Shown here in pieces: positions 32,715 to 46,149 of a stretch of 64,000 nt of DNA. The DNA lies in NCBI RefSeq assembly GCF_000150275.1, contig NW_002060950.1:1662106-1726105 (forward strand). The letters are read 5' to 3'. Position 1 is the stretch's first letter. Each line of letters starts with the position of its first letter. The translations under genes and the position numbers were made by a program. The notes under the pieces are model-generated. The model was given only the letters and a program-made list of their open reading frames with translations. It was not told the DNA's origin and made no database searches. The stretch comes from Trichoplax adhaerens (lineage: Eukaryota > Animalia > Placozoa).

Positions 32715-35700
32715 ATGGACGACGAGTGGCCATCAGAATTATCGATAACCGATCTTCCTTCGCCGACTCTAGGCCTATCGTACATTTCCCCTGGTGCAAG
32801 AGTAGTATCTCCTGTTACGGCACTGGCACACGATCTTGAAGTTAGCTGTAGAAGGTATGTGTTCCAATACCGTATAGTATCTTTGTTGTTGAAATGGTAG
32901 GGTAATATTAATATCGTAAGTATCTATCTACCCATGTTGTTTACTGTGCTGCGTGGATAGATAAAGTACGGCTGACAAAAAAATAATCATTTCATTAATA
33001 TGCAGGATGGTTAGTATCTTGTATGTTAATCTATTTCATGAATTTAGTTTTGCCTATAACATCATGACACTTGTATACAGTCGACGTCTTCGACCGGTAA
33101 GACCAGCCATACAATACACTACACTAACTGTATAACAACAATGTCAAGATACAAGATACATGCAGTGCCAAGAATGAATAGTTACTGTGCTGTTTATGTA
33201 CATAAAGACGTGTGTGTCTTACTGACAATAGACTGACATAATGATTACATTATACATAGTCTGTGGAAATATCAAGTTTTTTCCTATATCAAATCTCATA
33301 CTATACTCTACAGTAGCCTGTTGCAGTGATTTCACCGCGTTGCTTTGAAAAATAAAACACAGTACTGAAGGCGCTGTTTTCAAGCGTTTGCGCGATTCTC
33401 AAAAGCTGTTTACCTTCGTTACGAAGAATTATAATAATGAATTAATGAATTAATTAATATTATAATTATACTGTCATATGGTGTCTGTACAGTGTACAGT
33501 GTACAGTACCGTGCCCCTCCTTCCGGAACATGCTCGTACTTAGTACTGTATAGTGTCTAGTAATGAAGTGCCCATACGCAAACGAGTGATTTTAATTTGC
33601 AGTAAAGTTTATACAAGCATAAATGGATCCGCATACGTACAATATACTATATTTATTATACTGTCTTGAAGGACATATCAAATTGTTAAGCTCAATAATT
33701 GAAAGTTATAGTGTACTACTGGGTATTAGGGCTTTTGAACGTTTAAAAAGTTGCAAATTTCGAACTATACATTACGTGTATGTGAAGAGCAGTTTAATAC
33801 TGTTTTACGAACATGAGTTAATATTTCAGTATGCATACTCTGCTATCGTGTACACTGCATCATTGACCAAGGTTTAAAAGCAGGCCAAATTCGTAAAGGG
33901 GTATTTTTTTCATATTAGATACGTGCTTTACAATGCCGTAGATACATTTGATACTGGTAGCGTCGATCTTTAATCTAGTTAGACCTGAAGTTTGAAAAGA
34001 TGTAGTTGTATTGGAATAGAATATGCCTTACCATCCAAATTTTTGTAGCGCCGTTAGCATTGTATCATATCGAGCAATGTATGCAACATGTTAAATCCCT
34101 ATATTTAGAAACCGTATCTTATGGCGTCGCTGTATGTATAGGTGTCATTATTACTGTATTTAGTAGGTTTTTGCTAATTCACTTATACTTGTTCTATATG
34201 CTGTACGTACGTGACATACTGTATCAATGTGAACACGTTAGAGACTATTTTATTCACGTTATGTGAAAGTTTGTATACTAGGGCAATACCTGATGGTTAT
34301 GTATCGTATGCACACATAGGCTACTTTCAGTACAGTAACTGAAATATTTTAGTACAATATGTAGCTGCTTAATGAGATTTAATATATCTTTAATAACAAC
34401 ACCTTTATTCTGTTCTGTTTGTAAATTTAATTTGTACTATACATTATACAGTCATTCCTTAACACCTAAGCGGCGCTTGTCCCTGTCCAGTGCGGTTGGA
34501 AATGACAGCTATGTCGACGATGGTAAGTACCTTCGTAGGCAATTGTAAAATATTCTTTTGAGGGTAAAGAGAACCATTTCCTATGAATATTTCCTAATGG
34601 CATGTTATCACTAATTATTTATCAGGATTCTCCGATACCACTCCGGGACAACTACCGGATGCGTCCAAAACGTTCGAATTCAATAAGTAAGATAACGGAA
34701 ATATTTAACTACCATTTCTTGATTGTGTTCAAAATTAAAGTATAATAATGCAAATACCCAAAGAAATATAATATTTTAGCTGACATAATTGACAATCTAT
34801 ATTCAGTACAACGTACTGTAATTATTAATGCTTCTTTAAATATCGCATAAGAATCGCATATGGGCGATTTCACTGATAACGGATCAACCTAAACTGGCAT
34901 ACGTATCAGACTATATTAATCGTAATCTGATGAAGGTCCATTGTCAAGTACAATACTTTGTACTGCAGCATATAGAATGTGATACATCGATGTTATACAT
35001 AGCAATTTTGCATTATAGTAAGCTATGAGGTCTTTATTTCTAAAAATGATAGACTGTAGCCCAGGTACAAACAATAGAATTACACATTGCTAATTTTAAC
35101 TGCTCGCTCACTCCCAATTTTAGAGAGATACTTTTTCTATGCATTGTTTAGATATACAGGAGTTTGCAATATATTTGTTTATGCGCTATGTAGCGTATGA
35201 CAGATAGTTATCAATAGTCAAAGTGCAGAGTAGGATCGGTACAGCTTTTACGTCATTGCATCAATTTATATTATGGCTACCTTTAAATATACCGGAGTTG
35301 CAGAAATGTTACTATAATTACTGTCTTCAGTGAAATTTGATCATGTATAACATCTAGAGCACGAAATAATAGCAAATTACTGTGACCAAATGAAGCCGTA
35401 GCTAGTTCAATATGTAGTACAGATAGAGCAAGAATATAATGGTCTTGAATCTTTTTAGGGAGAACATTACCAATAACCCCATTGCCTTGACTGACGACGA
35501 GCTAATTGCTATTAATTCCAGGTATTTATATCTCATCAACTACTTGTAAAATAAATTGGTCAGTTATGCTAAAATGCTAGAGCAATGTATTACTAAAAGA
35601 TCCGTAACGACTAATTTCTTTTAATGTAATAAACGATGTTCTCTCCTTCTGTGATCATAAAGTATACCACATACGCGTATACTGCTGGACATACATCCCT

Positions 35701-38700
35701 ACGTAGAGAGTATAGATTATGTGTAAATACGAGTATATACTAACTACTTCAATTCGGTAGACAGTACTGTAAAGATACTTACTGTACCGGTAATAATTCG
35801 CAGTTATCTGGAATCTTTCTAGTGAATAGTAGGTTATTACTACTGAGCCACAGCTTGCGTTTTCCCCCAAAATTGGACTAGGATGCTACCTATCAGTATA
35901 GTAATACTTTTACTATATTCATCATACAGTATACTGCGTCATGAGCTAAAATATTAACATTAGCCTAGATGGCTGTTGAACTATCGTCTGCCAGATAATG
36001 AGCTCGGAATTTGCCTACCATTCAACATTTTCAATTTCATCAGTTCTTGACATTATGAAGACCTACTGTTTAGTAATATAAATATATGTAATCTAATTCT
36101 CCTTACCGACAACGACGTAATGCATATTAATTCTACTGAATAGTTTATAATAGTGGACTGTATGTACACTGTACATGAATATCAAGTCAGATATTATCTG
36201 CTAGATCACTGCCTTGGCACTATAAATCTTATGATATTAATGTCAATTATTGTCATTAGTTAAACGTTAGGAATAAAACTGGGAAAACTTTCCTATGGTT
36301 GTAAATTTATTTTTATTTTCGTCTTGAAATAGGAAAAGTGCATGTCCCAACGATGCTAATGGACCTCCGGTAGGTGACCTATGTGTGTTTCTTCTATAGT
36401 ACTGTAGTATCGAAAATTGTGCGTTTGAGTCATATGTCACTATTCGCTCCTCTTAATATGTTCATGTACCAAAGATATTTTTGAAATCGAGACGAAAATA
36501 AGTTAGTTAATTAGTTCGAGCTAATGTTCCGATTCTTAATTGGTTAGAAATTAACCGACTCCGTTATATTTGAAAACAATTCATATGATAACAAGCAAAG
36601 TGATAAAGTACAATTTCCGAAACCATGGCCACCTAGGAGAAAATCTAATAAAGAAAATGCAGCCATTCAATCTGGTATATGTAGACAGAAATCCGCGCCC
36701 CCAACGTTGGTATGTTATCATATAAGCAACGCAATTAGATAGATTCGCGTCTCATTTTAACGATATTACAAATAAGTCTGTATTATTTGTTGACAGTATT
36801 TCTAATACCTGCCTTTTTTACACTTGATAGAGTAATAACCGACACCCATCGACTCGTGAATCTTCCTCTAGTGATATCTGTAATAAAGATATAATGAAAA
36901 TTTGGCATGGAACAGAGCAAACTAATGCAGAAGAAGATGATGATGACGCATTTTTTGATGAATTTGAACCAGTAAGTGACATCGACTATAGTAAAATGAC
37001 ACCCATTTTTATAGAATAGAAGTGTCTGACTTATCCACATTCTTCTAATAGCAACACCTTCCTGACAATGGTAGTGTCATAAATGAACGTGTAAGTCACT
37101 AAGTGTGATTAGGTAATAGTCATTTTAGCTACCGATGTGACTGATTTGATGTAAACCATTTTAAACATAGAGCTCGTCTAAGATGGAAGATTTGATGATT
37201 AAACAAATAATTTTATCACACTCAAGTGAAGCTGAGCCCGGTACTTTTTCTAAAGAAATGCAAGTAAGTATTCTATCTGTATCATCGCACTTACGATTGC
37301 GTTGGTCCACTTTTATGGCAAATTCGATTAAATTTTTGATATCAATTCTATAGAAGATGAAAGAGAAATATGACTCCAAGGCTTTATCAGCATCATGGAA
37401 TGGTATCAAACCCGTAATAGACAATTTTGAAAGAACAAAGGTTAGTTTATGTACAAGCTATTCTTAGGGATTTTAACTACTATATTGTATTTAATACGTT
37501 GCACTTGCGTCCAATGGTATAAATTTAGAGATCAGAGCCACCTCGAGGTTCTAGCCCTGTCGCAATCAAAAGAAGCAAGTAAGTGCAATATTTTCCGTTT
37601 TAACCTTTTTTTATCATACTTTTTAATCACAACTGCTGTAACTGAGTCACATTTTCAGTGAATGTCATTAACCATTCATCACTTGTACTTTCTGTACAGG
37701 AGCCAAGTAATGTCTCCGTGCAAAGTAAGCTTCGGAATGTGACCGTAATATTCTTACAGATCATAAATTGAGCAGTTCAATTAATTTATATATTTACGTT
37801 CATGCTTTGCAGAAAACGACATCTCGTTTGATACCACGCTCTATTAGCTGCCATACTTTTGCTGAACCGCCTGTAATTGATTATGGTAATTTGGGAAAAA
37901 TATCACCTACGGTATTTATTGGTGTTGTATTGATGTTTTAAATTTATCGCGCTTTTCTATTTTAGATTCTAATCTTGTTGCTGACGGAAGCAGAGTATGT
38001 GCAATATTCATTGAATAAAGTACTTACGTCAATTAGAGTAAATATAAATTTTGAATTTATGTCCTAATTTTAGCGTTATGCATTACCAAAATGTATGGGA
38101 CCGAAGTGTGATCTACGTAACATTAGCCCAGCTACGGTATGTACTGCCACTTAAGAATGGATATTTTGATATATTGTAAATTCGATGGTAGTTTCAATAA
38201 ATTTCGAAGAAATTTATATTAGGTGAAGTTACCTATAGTGCTGATAAAAATTTTTGTCTGTAGTTGGCGGAATTGATTCGAGGAGGTTACCGCACTGATC
38301 TCGATGAATTTATAATAGTTGATTGTCGATACCCATATGAATATAAAGGTGGTCATATTAAGGTTAGACTAAAATCTAGACGATGCATATATATGTTCTG
38401 AGGTTGTAATTAACAGTGTGTATATTCGTTTACAGTTTTTCATTTTTTGAAACTACAGTAATTAAGCGGTCATGTTATAGCGATACAGTTTAATGACATT
38501 TTGAATCTAAATTAGCTTCGTTCTTGTTTCGTTATAGGGTGCGATCAATATTCATACTTCCGATGGAATCGAAACTAGATTCTTAAGTAAGACAGACACA
38601 TATCATAATAAAAAGGTTGCGGTTATATTTCATTGCGAATTTTCATCTAAGCGTGGTCCACATTTGTAAGTCTAGTATTATGGGATTAAACAATTATTAT

Positions 38701-39101
38701 AATTGTGTGCTATAATTGTTAATATTATTGTATTTAGATGTCACTACCTCAGGAAGAGAGATCGTAATATTCACGCAGATTCTTACCCTAGCCTGTATTA
38801 TCCTGAATTATACCTACTATGTGGTGGCTATACGGCTTTTTTTGAAGAATTTAAAGTCTGTATTACTTTTATGGAGATAAATTTTCTGTTGCGATTCCAC
38901 AGTTTATAGGATAATGATATAGTGAAGTTTGCTTACATGCAGATAATATGTGTACTGTAGGAATTATGCGAACCACAAAACCATGTCAAGATGTGCGATA
39001 AGAATTATGCAGAAGAATTGAAACATTTTATGCGTAAATCTAAAACTTGGAGTGGAGAATCATCAAAACGTAGAAGGTTGTATACAAACTTTGGAGAGTG
39101 A
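32715..39101 (+). CDS. CDC25: M-phase inducer dual-specificity phosphatase CDC25 (many small exons)
   Basis: N-terminal SPVTAL and TPKRRLSLS motifs, two KEN boxes and RQKSAP. The rhodanese catalytic domain reads [37 protein letters not shown] (CX5R), LRKRDR...[16 protein letters not shown] and CEPQNHVKM...RKSKTWSGE. Stop at 39099-39101. Confidence 0.96.
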
Positions 39102-40768
39102 AAGGCTTTAATGGTGAAAATATCAAATCTTGCAATGAAGCAATATACATACACGTTCTGTTTGATATCCAATCAGCTATATGGAAGTGCGCTTTGCTCG
39201 ACTCTTGATAATTGATTGAAAAGTTTCTTGGGTGATATATTGCTAAAATATATGTGAGCCTTTTAGCTACTTTATCTGTTGTATACATGTATGTAACTAT
39301 AAGCTATATTTTTATGTATGCATATACATATACATATGCATATGGTAGTTGACTTTATCTTTTACGACAATGAAACTCATGAAATATGTATTTATAATGA
39401 TTATGATATAATATTTGGTTAGCGTATTTTTACTATTTTCCAATACTGACTTGAATGTACGAATAAGTAATCGTGTTCAAGTAATTAATGTATCATAGGA
39501 TCGATAAGGAAGTATTCCTATTAACAAACATTTTGCAGTGCTGATTTTAAATGGTGTAGTGGTAGCACTTCTACACCAGATGAACTCGTAAGATTGTTAT
39601 CTGTTGGAGCATACCTGTTGCATTAGAAGCAAAATACCTGGAATATCAAACAATTTACAAACTCGTTTTTAATGATTGATTGTTAAATTATGATCCGTCG
39701 TTAGAATATAACGATTATGTTATTGTAGTGATATTATGAATGAAGATAAGTACTGTTAACCATGAAAATTTTACAACACATACAATTAAAGAACACTATT
39801 ATTATACCAACTGTAAAAATAGTGATAGTGATGTTCAATCAGTGGCATAGTAAGTCTATAATGTCTTCCGCCATGCGAACGAACAATTTATCCCATATTA
39901 ATACAGTGTTCATACATAACAAATTTTACAGAATCTTAACGACTACGGCTGTACGACATGTGCACAAGAGTAAGTTATTACATAAACTTGATGCGATCCT
40001 CTTTTATGCGTGAATACTGCTCGCTAAATCCTGAAACTTATACCAATACTGTGGGATTTTTATTATACGCGTACGTATACTTGATTTCGCTCATTACCAA
40101 TATACATATGGCTTATAATATAAATACGGTAAGTACTGAAGTCAGCGTAGGAATGAAAAGACAACTGTACATTCTTCTTCAACATGATAAATAATTTATA
40201 TAATATCACATTATGCAATAGTCTATATTGTAGTACTAAAGTTAAAATTCAAATTATTTATGTATACTAACTGGTGGAATAACAAAAAATAATGTTCCAA
40301 CATTAACACTTTCATAACAATAACAATTATTAAACTGTATAAAGATTCATTGTTGGGATTAACACCGATACTATTAGTAGTAAATTTGATGCCAAAAGTA
40401 ATGTATTATACTAGTATTAACAGCTTTTACTATCATATCTAATGCACCTAAACAGTCAAATCCATTTCTTGGATGATACTCGATAGATATAACAACATAA
40501 TGGAAAGACAAGGACAAACGTATTATGGAATAAAAAAATTGAATTTTTGATTTTTCGTTTACATAGTTAAATTTGGTCAGTTAGCGCCCAAAGTGTTCGA
40601 TTGTACTGTTGAAATACATTAACAATATTGAATAAAATATTTCAATGGAAGTATCAGAAATTGCAAATACGTACAAATAGCGAATCTATAACGGCAATAA
40701 GAAAATCCAACTAAAACTTTTTATTCAATTCTTTCAGTTAATTCTAAGTATGTTAAATTTCTTTAACA

Positions 40769-43700
40769 TTAACTAGGCTTATTGAAATCATCGCTGTCTC
40801 TATGATATAATAATTGTAGTTCTTCATCATTAAATTTTTCTGTTAGTGATGACAAGAATAATTGTTGAACGAATAATCCTCGATTTGCTCGTTCACGTTC
40901 TATTGAATGTTGTTCTTCATCGGTTAATTTGCTATCCGTTGTACGTCTGTAAGTAATTAAAATATTAGAGAACTACTAATGAATAACAGCTATACTCGTA
41001 TCGTGCCGTCAAGCTAGTATACGCGTATTTTAAGATAGTAAATAATAAAAGTTAGAGGCAGCTGCTAGGATATCTTATTTCAGAAATTAACTACAAGCGA
41101 TAACAAAACTACTGTACAGTATATTACATCAAATAGTTAGTCAATCCATTATAGATCAATAGCATGAGGTTCACTTACTCTGCCAATAATGTAGTAGACT
41201 CGTGATTTGTAGTGTTTGTAGAATTGGATACTTGATGAGTTACTGTTATCGTATTACTAGATGATGCGGAAGTAGTTGTCGCGGATGCAGTACTAGAAGA
41301 TTTCTTGTAAGTCCATTCTGATGAATTTTGTCTTGATTGTTGCTGACCTTGCATTTGCATTTGTAAATGTAGTTGTTGTAAGTGTGATGGAGCACTAATA
41401 ACAGATTGTTGTTGAGATCTTGTACGAGACCCAGATAGCTGCGATAGTAATTCGGCGATAGGATCTATATTACTATCACGCAAGTTAGTAGCGAGGTTAT
41501 CACGCATCTGAGAAGAATTGCTGTTGCTTTGCATGTTCATTCGACGACTACGAACACTTGCCGGAATGCGGTTGCAGTTGAAAATCCGTCTCATATGGCG
41601 TGAACTAGTAGAATCATCGTACGATCGGTTATGGAAAATATATGAAGTAATCAATTTTAAACATAGTAATTCATCACAATGTAGCATTAACGTAAAAACT
41701 ATAATTAATTATCATAGATGACTATTTTGCCAATCAGGTATAATTGATCTATGGTAAAATTGAGAATGGTATCGCTGCAAAAAGTATATTACTGCAGTTT
41801 AGAAGAAACTATGTAATCAATAATGATGTGGATATTAAGTCGGAGCGAGATGTCCGTGAATGTTGTATCAAGTGTGTAGCTAAGTCTTCACTTATTATTT
41901 CAGCATCAGTTGATGGCGTTGACGCGCATATTGGACATATCTACGTAGTATATTTTCAAGCATTGGCATTAAAACACAATGAGTAGTAAATGTTCAATCA
42001 GTAGAAGCTACATTGATTATACAGTAGAATGGAATTAATTTCTATTATTTAATTTTAGAAATACTGTCAATGAACTTTGTTACGATACATTTTGAACTTA
42101 CTACTTCTCCACTTCCACAACCAGCATGTTCTGAAGTTACATGTTCTTCTAATAGGGCTTGAGTAAAGCCACAGCTATTGCACAGAGGGCATGTATACGA
42201 TTGGGGCATATCGACTGGAATGGCTTCACCACCAAAATAAGTATCTGTAAGAAATTGAAAATTTTACAAAAGTTATAGATGTATACAAACTACCAAGATT
42301 ATTCTCGTACTGTGTCAACTATTCTGTATAGATGACAGTACAAGTTCTACAATGTTATTACCAATGAATAAGAGAGAACATCTATATATGGCTAAATTAC
42401 TAAGCTAAGCAAATATTTTGTCATCGCCTTCATTTTATGTAACGTTTTACCAGCTTCCTGGTAATAGTGTGTACTTGGCAATAAGATATCGACAACGCTG
42501 TTTTTCTATTAGTAATAGCCATGTCACTAATGCAGTACATTTAATATTAACTGTTTACTAATTAATTACGCAACTTTCAACTTACCATAGTCAGCTCTAG
42601 TGATTAAACACTGCATTGCATGATCAGTAGTATGACGACCCGATACAGCACCAAAGTTATAGCAAGCTGAGCATAAATCATAATCATAACACAGAAGGCA
42701 TTTGTAGCGTCTGCCTCGAAAATTGCTCTTCCCACAGGAATCACAACTTATACCTGCCAATTTGAATTAAAAAAGACAATATTTTTATGGACATATGAAA
42801 TAGAGAGATAAAAAGGGATGAATATGATTATTATCAATAACGAGAGTGATGACCCCTTTCACCATGGTATAGACATGATCAAGAAAGGTAGCTAAATGAG
42901 CAATTTTACTGATAGGTTGTAAATTAATAATGCTACGCTGTTTTGAATGGGATAAAATTAGTCAGACGGATAACTGGAATTCAATGGTGACTTGTTAATA
43001 AAGCAAGTCTGGCAGTAGTAAAAGTATAAGCTCCACTATTGAAACTAGGATGATTTGTTGGACATGATAAAGAAAGATAGCCGTATGAGCAATTTTACGG
43101 ATAGGTTGTAAATAAATTATACGCTGTTTTGGATCGGCTAAAATTAGTCAAAAGGATAACTGGAATTCAATGATGACTACTTATTCATCAAGCAATTATG
43201 ACAGTAGTCAAAGTGTAAGCTCCACCATTGAAGCTAGGATGATTTTTTGACACTCAATGATAGTAAATTGTTGACAGCAAAGACATGTAGTAGATTTAGA
43301 AGTAACGTCTACACAAAATGAATCAATCTATCATAAGAATGGCTACATTACCTCTATCACTTATACATCATTTTAGATATTGACAATTATCCGTGGTAAT
43401 ATAGGCGGAAAATTTTTTATCCGTAGGGTACAGTATACTGTACAAATTTAATATTCTGTCATCAGTTTCATCATATTATTATAGAATGTCTGCACTACTT
43501 GGATTGCTGTATGTCTGTAGTTTTGGATCCTTTGGGTAGAACTGTAACAAGGTCTATTCAAAATGTTTGTCTTGCTAGTCTAAAAAGTGTTGTATCCATG
43601 ACAAGGGAGACTGTAAGAAGACTGTTTAAAATCCCAAACTTTGATATTTTAAGAAAGTCATCAACGAAGGAAGCCATGCTTAGAAGCATCGCTATTTTCT

Positions 43701-45091
43701 ATTCTAGGTGTTCCGCAGTCAAGTTGTGACTGCCTAGTGTAGAGTGTGTTATTTCTGGTAACGTTTGGTCGAGTATGATCGTCCGCTTGGTCGTGTATTG
43801 TGCAGTACATCACTGCCGTCGGCCTGGTGTAGCGTGTGTTATTGGCGTAGAATGGCTGTCCGCAATTGATCAAATGGTAGCGAGGTTTTCCCTGGTTATT
43901 TGGGGATATCCATGTTGCTTGTGACTAATTGATTGCTAATTGTACTTTACGATATGAATATTCTATTCGATCATGATGGATAACTCTCCTACTGTATATA
44001 GTCTATAGTCGTAGTCCATTCAACATGTACTGTATAGTAAGGCAATATTTATTGCATGAGGTTGCAATAAATATCCATCGCTTGTTGATGTCATGCCAGG
44101 CATTGGATTGTCTTTGAAGTGGATTAAAACCAATGCACAAAATAATCATCATGCAAGACCAATAACATTCAAGGCACAAAATAATATGCTGTTAGGATCA
44201 TGTATGATCGCTATCGTTGTTTGTATGTATTGGCACGATTACATAGGATGTGGAGTAGAGTATCGTTGGATAGGGGTAAATTATTTTTCCAGGCAGTATT
44301 GTCGTTTGGACAAGATGAAGAGGGTACAGTAGATTGAAAGCGATGTTGTCATGCCGTATCACTATGAGAATGATTCAACAATCCAATGAACATGGAATGG
44401 ATCATCGTTGCCTCAAGTTGATGTACATGACTATTTAAGAGGGTACAGTAGATTGAAAGCGATGTTGTCATGCCGTATCACTATGAGAATGATTCAACAG
44501 TCCAATGAACATGGAATGGATCATCGTTGCCTCAAGTTGATGAACATGACTATTTAAGAGGGTACAGTAGATTGAAAGCGATGTTGTCATGCCGTATCAC
44601 TATGAGAATGATTCAACAGTCCAATGAACATGGAATGGATCATCGTTGCCTCAAGTTGATGTACATGACTATTTAAGAGGGTACAGTAGATTGCGTATCA
44701 CTATGAGAATGATTCAACAGTTCAATGAACATGGAATTGATCTACATGACTATTCAAGAGGTCAACAAGACTGGTACTCAGTACACAAGCTATTATAGCA
44801 ATGATCGATGCAAAAAAGGTCATTCAATGGGCATGATGGTATCGTGTCGATAGAAGCAAATGCATTGGACTGGATGTTGTCAAAATAGGCTGAAGACAGC
44901 AACAACAGCAAAGCGATTGGCTTGTTGCTGGCTACGTTCATGCCTGGATGGATATAGTAGAATGATTTTTAAGAAAGTACGTATAGGGTATGAAAGTCGT
45001 CTTTTCAAGGCAGGCAGTAGAAGAAGAATCATTGATTGATGTGAAGATGATAGAGAATAGTCTTACCTTCGTGGCGATCTCGGTGCGACAT
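40769..45091 (-). CDS. KCMF1: E3 ubiquitin ligase KCMF1 (ZZ zinc finger + Di19-like C2H2); exons 45067-45091, ~42586-42753, ~42101-42245, ~41839-41940, ~41179-41620, 40769-~40946
   Basis: The 25-nt first exon MSHRDRHE-G splices to GISCDSCGKSNFRGRRYKCLLCYDYDLCSACY...RHTTDHAMQC, followed by YFGGEA...QSYTCPLC...EHVTSEH, ICPICAS, DPIAELLSQLSG and the C-terminal ERERANRGLFVQQLFLSSL. Confidence 0.95.
42897..43250. repeat. Two-copy diverged tandem duplication (period ~189 bp) in KCMF1 intron 1
   Basis: tgagcaattttac(t/g)gataggttgtaaat...ggataactggaattcaatg...aagctccac(t/c)attgaa(a/g)ctaggatgattt at ~42897 and ~43086. Confidence 0.9.
44318..44761. repeat. 119-bp minisatellite in KCMF1 intron 1: three near-identical copies plus one internally deleted copy
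   Basis: The unit aagagggtacagtagattgaaagcgatgttgtcatgccgtatcactatgagaatgattcaacagtccaatgaacatggaatggatcatcgttgcctcaagttgatgtacatgactattt starts at ~44318, ~44437, ~44556 and ~44675. Confidence 0.95.
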
Positions 45092-45487
45092 GTATTCTAT
45101 ATAGTAAAGAATCACCAGCAAAGAAAGGACGAATAAATGGTCTGTTAATCTGTCTAATTTGCAGGAGTAGAATGAATTGAAAAAGATATGGCTATTGATC
45201 GTGGTAGACTATCCACAGCCTGTCAGTGGATGACTTGGTAATGATGCAGTTGAGTTAAGGATCCTTGTTGTGCTGTGTAAAAGTGTTGAGTTAATGAATG
45301 CAGTAGCAAGCTAAAAACAAAGTCCAACGCTGTTAATACATCATTGATAGTATCAAGGAAGATTGAAAGGGCTACACCATCGACAAGGATGTCGATCTAC
45401 CTTGACGGACTACACTATCATTACTATCCACTGTATTCAGCATACGATCCAGCGATGGATTGCTTGTAGTCGCTTACTGGCTGCTCG

Positions 45488-45607
45488 ATGTCAAGTTAAA
45501 ATGGAGAAGAAGAAGATCAAGTTGACTTGCAAGTGATTGACTATATCAATGTCAAGCTAAAATGGAGAAGAAGAAGATCAAGTTGACTTGCAAGTGATTG
45601 ACTATAT
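45488..45607. repeat. Two-copy ~61-bp tandem repeat upstream of KCMF1
   Basis: atgtcaag(t/c)taaaatggagaagaagaagatcaagttgacttgcaagtgattgactatat occurs twice. Confidence 0.92.
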
Positions 45608-46149
45608 AATCGGCGCCCAGTTGAAAATCAATTTTACAATTTTACTACAGCTAAAGCATTCTCCACTAAGATGGGATGCTACAATCCTGCGCTGTAAACT
45701 TCCTCACTAACGATAATCTCAACTCTACAAGACTCGTCCAAAGTCGATCAGCCAGCCAATTCGTTTTGCCTTTTTGACTTCAAAGTTGGTCATGCCTAGG
45801 TAGAAATCAACGTCAGATATTGTCCACGGTGTTCCACTATGTCATACCACTGAGTAGAATGGCAAACTACGGTAGGATTATCACAGCGGCAAGCATCGCA
45901 GTCTAATTGCTCTTGCCTACGACCTTCATCAGACAGTAAATTAACTGGTGGCAAAACACTGCCTTGGACCATTTTTACTGGACTACAACCTACTGTACTA
46001 CAGACCGTAGGGTCTGCTGTACTGTACACTGTACACTCTGACAGTCGTCACACGCTCGCACGACACAGTTGACACCAAGGGTGATGACATGGGTGCAATA
46101 GTGACTACAACCGTTTCACCAAGGGTCAGTCTAATGCCTGTGCACGATT

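Noticed and set aside
43815-43900. GC-rich stretch with an A-box-like TGGTGTAGCG as a tRNA or SINE
   Set aside because: No B box (GTTCRA) and no cloverleaf pairing.
44318-44761. 119-bp repeat as 5S rRNA or intronic snoRNA array
   Set aside because: The length matches 5S but the sequence lacks 5S motifs and Pol III boxes. No C/D or H/ACA layout was evident, and there are no spacers between units.
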